A stretch of 64,000 nt of DNA, from NCBI GenBank assembly GCA_958009085.1, contig OY253676.1, positions 310,001 through 374,000 on the forward strand. The letters run 5' to 3'. The stretch is from Protoeuglena noctilucae. Taxonomy: Eukaryota. The position numbers were made by a program, and so were the translations under genes. The notes under the pieces were generated by a model. It did no database searches and was not told the origin of the DNA. It saw nothing but the letters and a program-made list of their open reading frames with translations. This document shows positions 35,714 through 48,864 of this stretch, piece after piece. The number at the start of each line of letters is the position of its first letter. Positions within the stretch are counted from its first letter, which is position 1.

Positions 35714-38700
35714 ATGGGGGTGAAGGGGCTGACCACCTGGGTGCGTGGCGCGACGGTGGAACGGTGGCGGGCTAGCACTTGGGGCGCCTCGCCTGCCGCG
35801 CGAGAACGCAACGGTGGAACGGTGGCGGGCTAGCACTTGGGGCGCCGCGCCTGCCGCGCGGGAAGGGTCCGGACATCGATGTACCTGACGATCCCGTTTG
35901 CGTGAGACATCCTGCGCCTGTGACCAATCGCTCGGCCGCGCCGCGCAGGTGGGCCAGCACTACCAAGACTGCGTCGTCGACGCCACGCACGCCTCCTTCG
36001 ACCATGTGTTCGTGGACATGCCGTGCGTCTTGCACGAGACGATGCGCGCGGCATCATCATCGGACATGTTCGCCAAGCTCGTCTTTCAGCGCCTGGACGA
36101 GGCCCTGACCGTGACGCCGCCGCGCAAGAGCTTGTTCCTCGCGCTCGACGGTCCTGCACCGCTCGCGAAGCTTTTGACGCAACGCGTCAGGCGTCATAAA
36201 GAGTACAGCGTCGTGGAATCGTCAGGCGTGGACCTAGGTGCGCCCCAGGGCCCGCGTGCCGTCCTCTGTTGCGCCTCCGTCCGCCACGCCGGCCGCCGAT
36301 TGCCCCGCCAGCTGATATCCGCAGAGGACAGCACGGACTCCGAAAGCGCGGATGACGAGGACTACCTGGAAAGCGTCGCCGGGGTGGAGGAGGAGGCGAC
36401 TGGGGGTGTGGCGTCCAAGAGCGGAGGGCAGGAGGCGGGCCCGGGGCTTTCCGAGCCAGACGCCGCGGAGCTGGCGCGCCGGGCTCCGCCTCCGTCGTTC
36501 CCCGATTCGTGGTGGACCGACCCAAAGGAGAAGCGGATGCGCTCCGTGGCGCTCACGCCCGGCACGCCCTTCATGCTATGGGTCGACCACCTGCTTGAGT
36601 ACTGGGTCTATCAGCGACTCTCCAACGCCAGGTGCGTGGTGCAGGTGTCGATGCGGGTGCTGGTGTGAGTCTTGGAAGCGATGGGGGGCTTACTGTGATG
36701 GGAGAGCACTTGGCAGCCATCCTGTGCCATCCTGCGCCATCCTTAACCCCTCAAGCGTCGCCTGCGTGCCCAGGTGGTCAAATATCCTAATCGAGCTCTC
36801 ACCGTCGAGACACGCCGGCGAGGGCGAGCTGAAGCTGTTCCACCGGTGCGGCACAGCAGCGCTCCTCAGCCATGCCCCACCGCACTGCCCGCGCTAGCTG
36901 CACCCCCACACTCCCCCCGCCCACTCTGCGCCGCAGCATGCACTTTCCCATAACGTGCTCCACGATCTCGACCGGAGGCCCGCTCGAACAGGAGGGCGTG
37001 AGCCCCGCATCCAAGACCCTGCTCCGCAAGCCACAGCACCCCTCGGCGCCTTACACTCCGAAGTCCGCGCGCCTGTTTGGCGGTCGGTACCGGTCGCAGG
37101 AGACCGTGCTTGTGCTGGGGGCAGACACGGACATGCTGATGATGGCCCTCATCTCCCGCGTCCCAAACATCTTCATTCGCTCCACGTCGCGCATGTGAGG
37201 CGAAGCGCCGGGCTCACGAGCCGCCCCCTGCCCGCCCCTCCTGGGCCGCTGCGCCAGTTGCTCACCGCAGCAACGCCCGTCGCCACGCAGGCCCGCCCTG
37301 AACATCCAGCCTCGCAACAAGAAGTCGATCATCACACTGCGGGAGCACGACCCTCGGACCTTCGCCATGCGCGTCGATCCCAAGTGAGGCGGTCGCAGAT
37401 GAACGGACGCGGATTCGGATCCACTCGCCGTCGATGCCTTTGCGGGCTGCGCTGCTTGCCGCCCATCGCTGCCCATCGCCCGCCCATGGCCTCCCCGCCC
37501 CAGGGCAGTGCTGCGCCGCGGTCCCCGCTTGACGGCCGTCTCCGTGGACCGCCTCCGCGCGCTGCTCCTCGACTCTCCCGTCTGGGCCCACATCCAGCCG
37601 CTGACCCAGAGGGCCCTGCCTGTCGCCCGCCTCGACCAGCGCGACCCCACCACCAGCACCACCACCGCCACCACCACCGCCGCCACCTCAGTTTCACCAA
37701 AAGCTGGCACTTTACGGGGCCCATCTGCGAGGCCCGTTAGGGTGACGTCATCCTTGCGGGAGCCGTTAGGTGTCACGATGGACGCCAAGCGCCTGGGGTC
37801 CGCGGCGGTGTCGGCATTGGAAGCGGCGGCGATGGACCTGGCCGTGATGCAGGTCATGGCGTGCGGGAACGACTATTTGGACAAAGTCGGAGGGGCGCGG
37901 CTCGACCCCGGCAACGGTGAGTGGCTCATTCCACGCAGTGCCAAGTGGGGTGGCGGCCGTTGATTGTTACCTGCACGCCGACTGCTGCCGCCTCTCCCGG
38001 TGCTTCCTGGCCCTCCCCGGGAGTGCCGGCGCGGACCTGGCCATACCAACGCTGCCCTTTCGCATGTCCTGCCCGCAGTAATGGGCTACGACTGCAGGGG
38101 CGTCCTGGAGGCCTACGCCCTGGTGTTGGGGTCCCCGGGCATGCAGGGCCGCAGCATTGTGCTCAGCGTCGCGGGTCGCATCTGGCTCGACCTCGAGGTG
38201 ACTGCCGCTGTGCCTGACTCAGCGCAGTCACGGCGTCTACATCAGGGTGCGCATAGGGTGATGACACGCTTGTTGAGCTTTGCGCCGGCACGCATGCGGC
38301 CCCGTCGTTGCACCTCCCAGGTCCTGCGCCGTGTGTTGCTGGTGTCGCTGCACCCCACCGTCATTGCCAAGACCACCGTCGGATGGGAGTACAACCGTGG
38401 CATCTTCCCGTTCATCTTCCCCGAGCCTGAGACGGTCGTCTACCTCTTCGGCCTTCAATGGACCATCGACATGTACCGCTTCAACAGGTGACGCATTCCA
38501 ACCCTCTAAACACTTCTCAACCCATCGGGGGACCCGCAGCCCGTCCCGCGATCGTGCCACGAGTCACCCGCGCAGGGTGCTGGACGTGGGGTATAGCCAC
38601 CCCAACCACGCGGGGTTCATCGGCAACTTCATTTCGGACCTGACGCTCATGGTGGCCGCACAGAGGGACGAGAGGGGCGTTGCGAACGATGAGGCGGCGG

Positions 38701-41285
38701 ATGAGGGGATCGAGGCATTGCGGGCGGGGGGCGGGGCCGGGGCTGGGACCGAGGAGGCGGAGGGGCTTTACTTTCGTTTGAGAGACGTGGATCAGGCTGG
38801 GCTGGCGAGGGGCCGCGAGCTGCTGCAGCGATGGCGGGACATGAGCCGAGGGGTGGGCGACCCGAAGGACGAGCACACGAAGCCTCTCAAGCCCCACGCG
38901 TGTGCGATGGGTGAGAACCATAGCAGAGTGGGGTTGTGGCACAGAATGTTTGGGGCGGTGAGCGAGCGTGGCGCAGAGCGAGCGTGGCGCAGAGCACTTG
39001 GTGGCAGAGATCGACCATAGAATGGTGTGCTACCCGTCATACCGTGACCATCAGTGCCCTGTGCCCTTGCAGCGCTCCTCCCACTGGCGGCCCTGCCTGT
39101 GGCACCCCCGCCGCTGATGCCGCTAATGACTCCGGGGTCGCCTCTGTGGGACATCTACGCTCAGTGCGATGTCTGCGATGATCTCCGATCCCGAGATCGC
39201 ACAGGGAACCAGCTCAGCGCGCGTGTCAAGGTGCGGCATGCGATGGTTGTGGTATGGCGTGGACGCGCCACGCCCAATCCATGCCAAAGCCGTCCCACGC
39301 CGACTTCCTCGTTCTCTCAGACCTTGTTCGGGGCGATCGAGACGGCCCTCGCGTCCTACCCGCGGGGCCAGGCAGGGGGTGCTTGGTGGTGCGAAGGTGC
39401 GTGCTGCCCGCGACGCTGGGACACACTGCCTGCCGCCTCAGCCTGCCTCGCCACGTGGCCTCTGTGCGTGCGGCGACGCTTGAGATGGCTCCCGTTGTCC
39501 GATCCCTATCTCTGCTTCCGTCTCCGCTGCCTGCAGCCGGCGTGACCGCGGCAGTGAAGGACTTGTGCGTGCTGACGGAGCGGATGCCACCGGACGAGCC
39601 AGCCGGGGCGCGTGCCGATCTGTGGCCCGAGCTGGCGCAGGGCCAGCGCTCCGTCAGTAAAGTCGCGGAGATGGGCCGCATCTTGTCCCAGTACCTGGAC
39701 CTCTTTGAGCCGCCAACGAGGCCCCATGGGGCACCACAGGCCGGCGAGGAGGACAACGACCCAGCGGCGACGGTGCCAGAGTCTGCGCAGCGGTCCTCGC
39801 CTCGTCTGTGTGAGTCCGAGCAGCAACACCCGAGCACCTCGGGGGATGCACCGGGTGCAACCAGGGACGCAGCCGTCCGTTTGGTGGTTGCGCTGGCGGC
39901 CGTGGCGGGACAGGCCGGGCTCGCCATGTCCGCCTCGCCCCCCGCCGGGGTGGGTAGGTCGTACCTGGCCCCTTTCGCTCGCAAGCTAAGCGGGGAGGTC
40001 TCGGGTCCCGGGGAGGGCGAGTGGGACGCGCGGGGCGCTTGGGCGGCGGTGGTGGCGGAGGCGGTGGAAGCCAGCAAGGATGCTTGGGACCTGTGGCGGG
40101 TGGTCGCGGCCGTGATATGGTCTGGGAGAGTCGCCCTGCGGACGTATCTGGGGAAAGTCCAGTGAGTGCGGTGGGGCAGCCGCGGGCTGTGCTATGGGCC
40201 ACGCGCTCATGTGGCCGGCTTTCGTCGTGCTGCGACCTGGCTCGGGTCATCCTCGGCCGCTGCCCGGTCTCCGCAGTTACCTTTCCATCGACCACAAAAT
40301 CGGCGCTCACCCCTACCAGCCCTTCCCCACGGAGCGGCTACGCCAGGTGGTGGACGCGGTTCCGCCAGAGGCATATCCGCCCGAACTCCGCCCGCTCTGC
40401 TACCTGGAGCCTTCCCACGTGTACAAGGCGAGGGATCGCGAGGTCCACGTCCTTGCCCCGCAGCGCATCCCGCGCCGCGCTTGACGTGGCCCTGTGCGCC
40501 GCCCGCGCCCGCAGAGGGGCCCGGTGGTGCTGCCCAGCGGCGCGCAGGTAGCGGGGTTGGCGGGCACTAGCGGCCGCACGGAGGCGCTTCCCGGGCCCCC
40601 GACCCCGTCGTGGGCGGCGCTCCCATCTGCGGCTACCAAGGTGTCCAAGGTCTGCATCTCTTACGCCGAGTTCACCCGATCGGTATTTCCCAAGGTGAGT
40701 GCCGCAGCTCTTCGCTTCTGGGAGTCCGCAGCGTTTGCGACGATGACTTGACATGCGTCGTAGACCTGCTGTGTGCGTGGGGACGCCAGCCGGGGGACGT
40801 GCTCGCAGGGGACGGACGAGCCGTTCTACGGGAGGGTCAGGCGGGGGGCGCAGTCCGTGCGGGAGGCTGTCAAGGGCACTGGGCAGATGCGCAGGGGGCG
40901 GGGGTCCTCGCGGTCTCCGTCAGGGAGGGGTGAAGCCGGGGATGGCGAGGAGTCGGGCGCTGAGGCAGGCGAGAGACCCGGCAAGCAGGCTGGGGGCGCG
41001 CCGGGTGACGCGAGCGGGGGTGGCGGGAAGCGAAGGGCGGGGGCGACGGGGGAGCAAGCGTGGGCTGTGGGGCGCGGGCCAGCCCGCAGTGCTGCGTCCA
41101 GGAGGGGCGGGGACGTGGCCGGGGCCGCCCTTGGTGGGCGGACGAGGCTGGGGAGCGCAAGCTTATCCCAGGCCAGCAGGCGCGTGTCCGGCGTCGCATC
41201 GTTGGGGGCTCGGCCTCGTCGCGGGGTGCAGGCGGCGCGCCCGCTCAGGTCCGGCGGGGGAAGCATGCCGTTGATGCTGAAGTGA
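35714..41285 (+). CDS. Divergent XRN-family 5'-3' exoribonuclease
   Basis: MGVKGLTTW|, FDHVFVDMPCVLH, PRKSLFLALDGPAPLAKLLTQRVRR, LTPGTPFM, GEGELK, GADTDMLMMAL, GNDYL, YLFGLQWTIDMY. Confidence 0.85.
35753..35860. repeat. 58-bp-period tandem duplication inside XRN intron 1
   Basis: acggtggaacggtggcgggctagcacttggggcgcc(t/g)cgcctgccgcgcg at 35753 and 35811. Confidence 0.9.
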
Positions 41286-41808
41286 CGTGATTGAATCGAC
41301 GCGCGTGCCACAACCACCCATTCGCCGATGTCAGATGGAAAGCCCTTCGCCAGGGGGCGGGCGTTGCAACGAATTCCGCCAAGCCGCCGTCGTGGGACTG
41401 CAACTCTGCGTTTCGTAGCTCTGAAACAACGCATCGCTGACGACACCCAGCCCAGCACGCTCGAGCCTGCGGACAGCAAGAAAGAAAGCGTTGGCTTCGC
41501 GGCCCTGGCAGCCGAGCCGAGCCGGCCATGGGGCGGTGGGCCCCCCGACAGCTTCCGGTTGACAACCCTGAACGTGTTGCGCGGGTCCACGATGTGAAGT
41601 GGCGCACTATCGGGGTGAGCGGCCACGCTCCTTGTTGCCCCCGTCACGCTAGGGCCTATCCATGAGATCTTCGCCCGTAGATTTGTCTAAGTTTGTTGTC
41701 GTTGTCACCTGCGGCAAGGTCGGGGCCGGAATCGGTCGACTGTCGCCGGCTCGACTACATGCTCTCGCCTGATCGTGGGCGTGCCGTCCCTGTGCTGCCT
41801 GGTTGGCA

Positions 41809-43295
41809 ATGCTTGCGTCCCCCGCGTTCATTCGTGCGTCAGAGTCTCCGGAAACGCGATGTGCCGGCTGCCAGCCGAGGCAGCGCAAAGGGCGCCTTGT
41901 CTTCGGCGTGGCAGGGCTGCCAGCGGGCGCCTGGTCCCGTAAAAGGCCGGGCGCGCCCCTTTTCCGCCAATCACAGCTGTCATACTTCTCTGCTAACAAG
42001 CTACGGCTGCCCTGCCCCTCGCAGCTGGACTTGCAGGGGCTCGAGGCCCAGATGGCGGAGAGGCGCACGCGCGACGAGCAGGCGGCGCAGGCGGACAGAG
42101 AGGCGGCGGCGCAGGCCATCGCATGGGATCAAGAGCTGATGCGCCTGCAGGCGGAGGCACACCGGGCCCGGCGGGACTACAACAAGGCCGTGGTGCGTGG
42201 TGGGGGCATTTGGCGTGGCAAGATTGCGCTGCCACGGGCGGCCACGAACGCGAGTCTCGTCTGGCGTATCCGCAGGGAGACTTCCGCAAGACGCAGACGC
42301 TGGCGGGGACGCGGGAGTTCGACCTCAACGACCCCGACGCACTGAAGAAGGACCGGCCGGCGCGGGAGGGCGACGACGACCCGCGACTGGGCCCCGCGTC
42401 GCTGCAGAAGTTCGACGGCGAGGACCTGCAGCGCCAGGCACGCGAGGAGACGCTTCGGCAGGAGCTGCTGGACACGTGGCACGCGCAGCGGGCGGACCTG
42501 GAGGCGCGGGCACGGGCGGCGCGCGAGACGGGTGCGTCCCGCGCATCGACAGGGACGCAAGGACGCCGCGTCCCAACCTGAGGTGGCCTCACGACCGCTC
42601 CCGACGCTGCTTCCGGCCGCAGATGAGGACTACGCCAACGTGATGTCGGCACAGGCGGCTGCGCTGGGGCAGCTGGTGCGTGACGCCGAAGAGGCGCGCC
42701 GGGCCATGAACAGCGAGGTGCTCCGGCGCAACCTCGAGATGGCGGCGGAGCAGCGGGACCGCCAGTCGCACGAGCAGGCCATGGAGCAGATGACCAACGA
42801 GGCAGAGATCGACTACCACCGCAACGTGAGGGGCGCTGCGTTTGGAGGCACGCTGCTGGCCGGCGCGGACCCCGGAGTGGGGCTGAGGGGCTCTTGTCGC
42901 GGTCCCTGCAGGACCCCTGGCTGAATGAGCACCCTGGGACGACGGTGAACCCGGCGGGGACGCTGCGCAAGGACAACTACAAGGGCATGTCGCCCGAGGA
43001 GCTGCGGGCGATCCAGGAGGTGCGCGAGGTGCAAGTGCGGGCGGCGGAGGCGCGGCGGGCGGCTGCGGCGGCGGACGAGCTCGAGTACGCACGGCAGATG
43101 GTGGCTGTCAAGCGTGCGATGGACGACATGGAGCGGCGGCGTCGGGAGTTCATGGCCACGCAGAACCGCAGCATGGCCGAGTTCCAGCGCACCCAGGCCG
43201 CGGACGCGGCCGAGCGGACGAAGACGCTCAACGAGACGTACAGCAACCGCGTCACGCCCGACTACTTCCAGCAGTTCGGCCGCAGCCACCGCTGA
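41809..43295 (+). CDS. RIB43A: RIB43A-domain ciliary microtubule inner protein
   Basis: LDLQGLEAQMAERR, REFDLNDPDALKKDRPAREGDDDPRLGPASLQKFDGEDL, DPWLNEHP, RKDNYKGMSPEE, NRVTPDYFQQFGRSHR*; 5' end uncertain. Confidence 0.92.
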
Positions 43296-43455
43296 CGTGG
43301 TCGCGCATGCCCTCACTGCGGGGGGTGGTTGTGAATGGCCCATGGAGCGGGCGTGACACATCTGTTGAAGTCTCTCTTGGCAAACTTCCGCATCCTCACT
43401 CCGACTGTGCACGCTGCAGCACATCTGACACAGTAACTACCCTGGGTCTTAAGCC

Positions 43456-43612
43456 GATCATCGGGAAAACCCGGCGATTTGACGTCACTCGGATCAGAAG
43501 GATCGCGGGAATCACTGGATTCACCCCAGTGATCCCCGGGAATCGCCGGGATCATCCCCGTGATCCCGGCGATCCCCGCCACTGCCGCAGTGATCCCAGC
43601 GATCCCGGGCCG
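43456..43612 (+). repeat. Left TIR plus subterminal repeat array
   Basis: gatcatcgggaaaacccggcgatttgacgtcactcggatca followed by many gatccc/gggatc/ggaatc motifs in both orientations. Confidence 0.88.
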
Positions 43613-44150
43613 CGGCCCTGACGCGCGTGCGCGCCCCCGCGTTTGCTCAGGGGGCTCGAGAGGAGGCGGAGAGACCGCACATTTGCTAGTTGGTGCTAAT
43701 GACTGCCTCGGAGGCCCCTCTCGCGTCCTAAAGCTTGCTCCAGCATGCAGACGGGGGCCGTCGACGCATCCGGGGTCCGCTTCCCCTGCGCCGCCGCTGT
43801 TCAACGTGAGATGTCCATATCTATGCGATGAGCGGGAGCTCGCGGGCTCGCCGGGCCCCCGGGGGCGCCGGGGAGGTCCCCGTGCTCGACCAGGCCTACC
43901 GCCGCCGCGGCCGCGATCGGGCACGCAGCGCTTGGCCTATGGATTGAGGTGACCTAAATCTCGCTAGCTGCGGCGCCTTTGCCGGCTACGCCGCACGGAG
44001 GTGGCTGCTGCATGGGAGGTGAGCCGTCCCCGCCGTCATGGCGCTGCGGATGGGGGCGCGGGGCTGGCTTCGGAGAATTATCTCGATACAGATGACATCG
44101 CCGGCGTCGGGGACCTGGCACCGCGAGCATCGGGGAGCTCCTGGGGTCAC

Positions 44151-47100
44151 CTACTCCTCGCCGCCGCTGGCGTGGTGCTCCCAGACCTGCTGCACGTGGC
44201 CGCAGTGGAGAAGCTTCCCAGCAACTTTCACGGCGTGAAGCTGCCGCCGAAGGTTGCGGAGGGGCACGCACTTCAGAGCCTCGCCCTCCGCAGGCTCCAG
44301 GAGCGACAGCTGGGGAGGCTGCAGCGCTCCCAGGTTGGTGTAGAACGACAAGCACTGGTTGGACAGGTACCTCAGGTCGCATGGGGCCCTGTGCACCGGG
44401 GCCACCAGGGCGCAGAGGAAGGTCCCGGCACCGGAGCTGGTCTTCGCCTCAACCCCGCACACGACCCTGCCCGTCTGCAGCGTGCCCCTGTCCGGGAGGT
44501 ACTCGACGAAGGACAGGGTCTCGTCGGTGGCGACGATCCTGGCCCGGTCCCCGCTGGCCGTCCCGATCTCGACCGTGGAGGTCAGCGCGACCTCGCCCAA
44601 GACGTGGCAGGGAAGCCCCGCGCCCTTGAGGGCGTTCAGGAGGTCTGCCTTAGAAACGAAGTCTTCCGCGCGTCCCTCGCTGCACAGGTCGTTCTTCTTC
44701 AGGACGGTCTTCACGCCCTTCACTTGGTCCTCGGGCTGGGACGGGACCGGCTGCTCCGCCCTCGCCCGGCTCTTGATGACGGAGGCCGCCCTCTGAGAGA
44801 TGACGCTGGTGCTCGCCTGCGACAGGGCTCGGGGGTCAGTCCAGCGCGGCTCAGCATGGCACGCGGGTCGAGCGCCGTGCGACCGCATCGAGACGTGTGA
44901 GTCGCAAGAAACGCGTCCTGCGTGGGCTTCCCCGCGTCGCCTACGCTGGGCGGCGCTTCTTGCCTGTACCTGCACGTCGCCCTTGCCGTTCGTGCGCGCG
45001 TTGGCAATGGGCTTGTGCATGCGCTCGGCGTCGTTCATGCTGCCCAACATGATGGAGCCGTTCCTCGCCACCACTGCAGGGAAATGCGAAAGCGCGTGGC
45101 ACTTCTGGCTGTTCTCGATCTTGCTGAAGAGGGGCTTCTCCGTGCGGACGATTTCGTGGCCACGCAGCAGCGTCTTGAGCACGACCTGCGGCGACACGGC
45201 AGCGACAAGGCTTCCAGAGTGAGTAAGGGGCAGCGAACGATGGGGCTGGTGTTGGAGAAGGCCTCACGTGGAGGACCTTATTCAGCTGCGCGTCCGCCGC
45301 CTGCGCCCCTGCGATGGTGGCGCTCTCCAGGGACCATTCGGCATAGAGCTGAAGGCATGCCAGGGCTACGGCCACGAGCCCAACCCTCTCGTCGTGCACG
45401 TCTTTGCTGCCCGTAGGCTCTGCAAGGGATGTGGTGGTGGGGAAACACTCCCGGGGTTCCCCGGCCCGCATCGCGATACCCGCAGCTCCTCCCGATGCCC
45501 TCGCAGCGCTGACTGTCGGCCTCGCCTCGAGAGAAGAGCTCGACGAGGGCGAAAGGCAGAGCTTGGATCAAGAACCTCGCCTCGTACGCCTTTATCTTCC
45601 CAAACGGGTCCACGAGGCTCAGCACGATCTGGAAGGTCTCGCCCCACGGACGGGCGTGGATCCATGCCGGGGCCTGCGCTCCACCCACACGACGATGGAC
45701 ATGCCAGGTGAATACCGAGCAGCTGCGGCGCCACTGCAGGCAACGCACGCCATTGCCTGACCTGCAGCTCACCTTGGCATCCGCAATGATCGATGCGAAC
45801 GCAGCCAAGAGGGCGTTTGCCTTTGTCGCAGACTCTCCCGCTGCCGCGTTGTTGTAGAGGACGGTCAGTATGCAGAAGGGAACAGTCTTGCCCAACATTC
45901 CCAGTTCCACGGTGTGCATGGGGTCAGGTGCTTGGCCCTGATACAAGTCCGACCCGAACTCGTCCCAGTACGACAGGGCAGGAACCACAGGATGAATTTT
46001 GCTCTCCCTGGCTTGTTCGTTGGCCCTGGCCGTCCCCACGTCCCTCCTCAAGCGCAGGATGTGCTGCACCTGGAGGCGATGCAGCGCGACGGTGCGAGGC
46101 GTGCGGCAGTCATCCTGGAGGCACAGCGGGCACGACCTGACGGCCAGCGTGGACGAGTTGGCCATCATGTCGTTCAGCTGCGCCGCCAAGACGGGAAAGA
46201 CGATGACTCTCCCGACGTCGGGGAGGGTCATCCACACCCCACCGGACCTCGCCACGCCAATCAGCTGCCGGTCCACGGCAGCCAGCCGCCGCTGGATGGC
46301 CTCTCTGTTGTTCAGGTCTGCCTGTGACCCCGGAGTGATCCCGGACACCTGCGGGGGCCTCGAGCGACAACTCATACACGCGGCGTGGTGGTGGACGTGT
46401 GGGCTGCAACGCCGGCAATCCTCCTCTCGCCTTCATGGACTCGACGGTGGCCACGGTTCGCGGCGTCCCTGTCCTCACGGCCTTGCAAGGCGACAGGAGG
46501 TGCATGTGGATGGGCGTCGTCGATGCGCCCTTGGTCATCTCCACCCCGTTGATGCTGTACGCGACGGGCACGAGGAGCAGCCGGGCGTGCAGCTCGGGGC
46601 GGACTTTGCCAGCGACAGCCTCGGCTATGTCGCTATACCCCTTCGCCCGGGAGAAGGTGAGCTTCTCGTGGATGCTGGGATGCGTCTCATGTGGTCTCGC
46701 CCGCGCCTGGCGTGACCGTTCCCGTGCCTCGCTGAAGTCTCGCATCAACTTAACGAGCGTCTTGGGCTTGATCTGCTCCGCGTGCACCAGCATGTCCCTC
46801 AGCACCGTTATCGTTTGGTAGATGATGGTTGTGCTGCCCTCCTCTTGCAAAACCTGCAGGCCGTGCGTGCACTGGTTGGCGTCAGCCCCCTCGGCCGCGT
46901 CCGAGGCCCTCGACACAAGCGGCACCGCGGCGTGACGCACCTCGTACTGGCCATGGATGCTGTTGAGTGAGGTGTGGAACGTGCGGTGGGAGCGCCCGAG
47001 GTCGAGAAGGTCGTCGCGGATGTCGGGGCGCAGCTTCACGAAGCAATCGAAATGCGCTGCCGTCAGCGATGCCATGAACTGCGCCCCTGCTTCAAGTTGG

Positions 47101-47609
47101 CTCAGGTACTCATCGTCACTGTCCCTGCTCCTGGCCCGCCATGCCTCCAGGTCCTCCGGCAGCTTCAGCGGTTCGTACTCCCCGGGCGCAGGAAGGTAGG
47201 AGACTCCAGGAGCGTCCTCTTGGGGCGCATCATGCGCTCCGGCGCTCTCGGGCGGTTCACCCCTCTCCGAGTCAATGTCCACGTCCATGTCCACGTCCGT
47301 GTCGGCGTAGTGGAGCCACGCGAGTCCTACATCTTCGCTCTCGCCATCACTGCCCGCAGCAACGTCCGCCGTCCCGTCTTCCTCCCGCAGTTCTTGGTCT
47401 GGTCCCGCGCTGGCGCTGTCGCGTGCCAGCCCGTCCGAGCCTCGCAGAGACGGAGAGACATAGTGTTCGTGTGGGGCGGCGGGGCGGGGTGCTTCCTGGC
47501 GGCTCTCCTCGCCATATCTCCAGCCCCACAGCGCAGGGCATCTTTGCTGATGCCGGGCGAGCTTGGCCGGGGTATCGAATTGCGTTCCACACGCGTCGCA
47601 TTCGAGCAT
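44151..47609 (-). CDS. Plavaka-like DDE transposase with N-terminal C2H2-type finger (about 950 aa, 7 exons)
   Basis: Exons about 47609-46941, 46853-46431, 46348-45773, 45673-45526, 45419-45277, 45185-~44970, 44816-44151. CDACGTQFDTPAKLARHQQRC; VPVAYSINGVEM..PIHM; GRVIVFPVLAAQLNDMM..CPLC; PDPMHTVELG (DxxH); QKCHALSHFPAVVARNG..DAERMHK..RTN. Alternative start at 47654. Confidence 0.82.
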
Positions 47610-48864
47610 GGTGAGCTGCAGCGCAGGTTGCGATGCAGGGTTCAAGGCGGGCATGGTGAGGGCGTGGAAGCGGAGGTGAGGAAAGTCCAGCGCGCGCTCT
47701 GTGGGTCAGGCAGGCTCAGGGGTCGTCAGTCCTCCAGGCAAGCGGGGGTGGATTGCAGGGCTGCAGCGACAGCACCGCGCACAGGCGAGGCTCGGCGCTG
47801 CTGGTGCGAACAGCGCTGGATCATCGTCCCTCTCTAGGGTGAGAGTGCAGCCTGCTGCTGAGCCATCTGCGAGGTGTGCTGACGTGGCTGGGGAGGGGAG
47901 GGGCCAGCTCCCGTGAGGTGAGATGCAGCATACGCATGACTAGATCAGGTCGGACATTGTCGCTGTCCCCGAGGTGCGCGGTTGGTCTGCTGCGCTACCG
48001 GTGGGGTCTGGGACACGGTCAGGTGTGCAAGGGGGGGTTGGTTGGCTGGGAGGGACGAAGGGCTGGTCCGCCAGCGTGGTATCTCTGTACTTGCTAACTG
48101 TACCTGGCACCGTGCCTGCACTCTCTCACCCCGAGACTGACTCTAACTTCGCCTAACAAGCACGCAGGCGCATGTGCCACCTCGTCCCAAGTTCCGGCGC
48201 TGGTCGGGTGCTGGCCGGGCCCGCCATGGCTCGTCCGCCGACCCATGCCCCTTGTCTGTCGTCTGGCGTCCGCGGCGCCCCGCAGCGGTGGTCATCGACT
48301 CCTGGGGCGGCCGTCGGCACGGCGGAGTCGCGCACGCCACCATCTCCCGAGTGCCTGGCCCGAGTGCCGGAGCGCCGCTCCCCGATGGAGCGGCAGCGTC
48401 CGGAACAAGCGGTCGGTGCCTCTGGCGGTGGTCGCTGCGCGCTCCCGTCGCGCCTGCGGCCGCCCGAGTCCGGCTGCATGTGCGTGCATGAGTGCGTTGC
48501 CTAGAGCGTCACGGATGGTCATGTAACCTCGGCGTAGGGATTGAAATACCAATAGCTACGCTAGGGAGCGATTACGGGCCGAACGGAGCCCCCCGGGCCG
48601 CGCGGGCCCCGGAGCGCGGGTGCCCAAAAGATGCGTCCGATCGCGATCAAGATAGGTCTGATCGCGGCCGAGAAGGAAGATAGGCGGCGGGATAGCCTCG
48701 GCTAACGCTTCCGGCGCCGCTGCGCTCCCGAGTGGGCCCCGCTCCCCGCGATCCCCGACCACGACGAAATGCCGCGAAACTGCTCCCAGCGGCCTCTCGC
48801 ATCCCGGGTGCGCCGTGGCCGTAACCGCGCCGCGTAAAACGGCCTCCCCAGGGAGATCGGGCGC

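Noticed and set aside
13351..41285. Possible RNA-processing gene cluster (RBBP6, DEDDh fusion, PCF11, XRN)
   Set aside because: Interspersed with unrelated genes; no shared motif or other evidence of functional linkage is visible
43490..43612. CRISPR-like or coding (GITGIAG) reading of the GATCCC arrays
   Set aside because: No repeat-spacer structure; mirrored at the other end of the element, so explained as subterminal repeats
47700..48860. Second ORF or cargo gene inside the transposon
   Set aside because: Only short low-complexity ORFs with no motif or consistent exon chain
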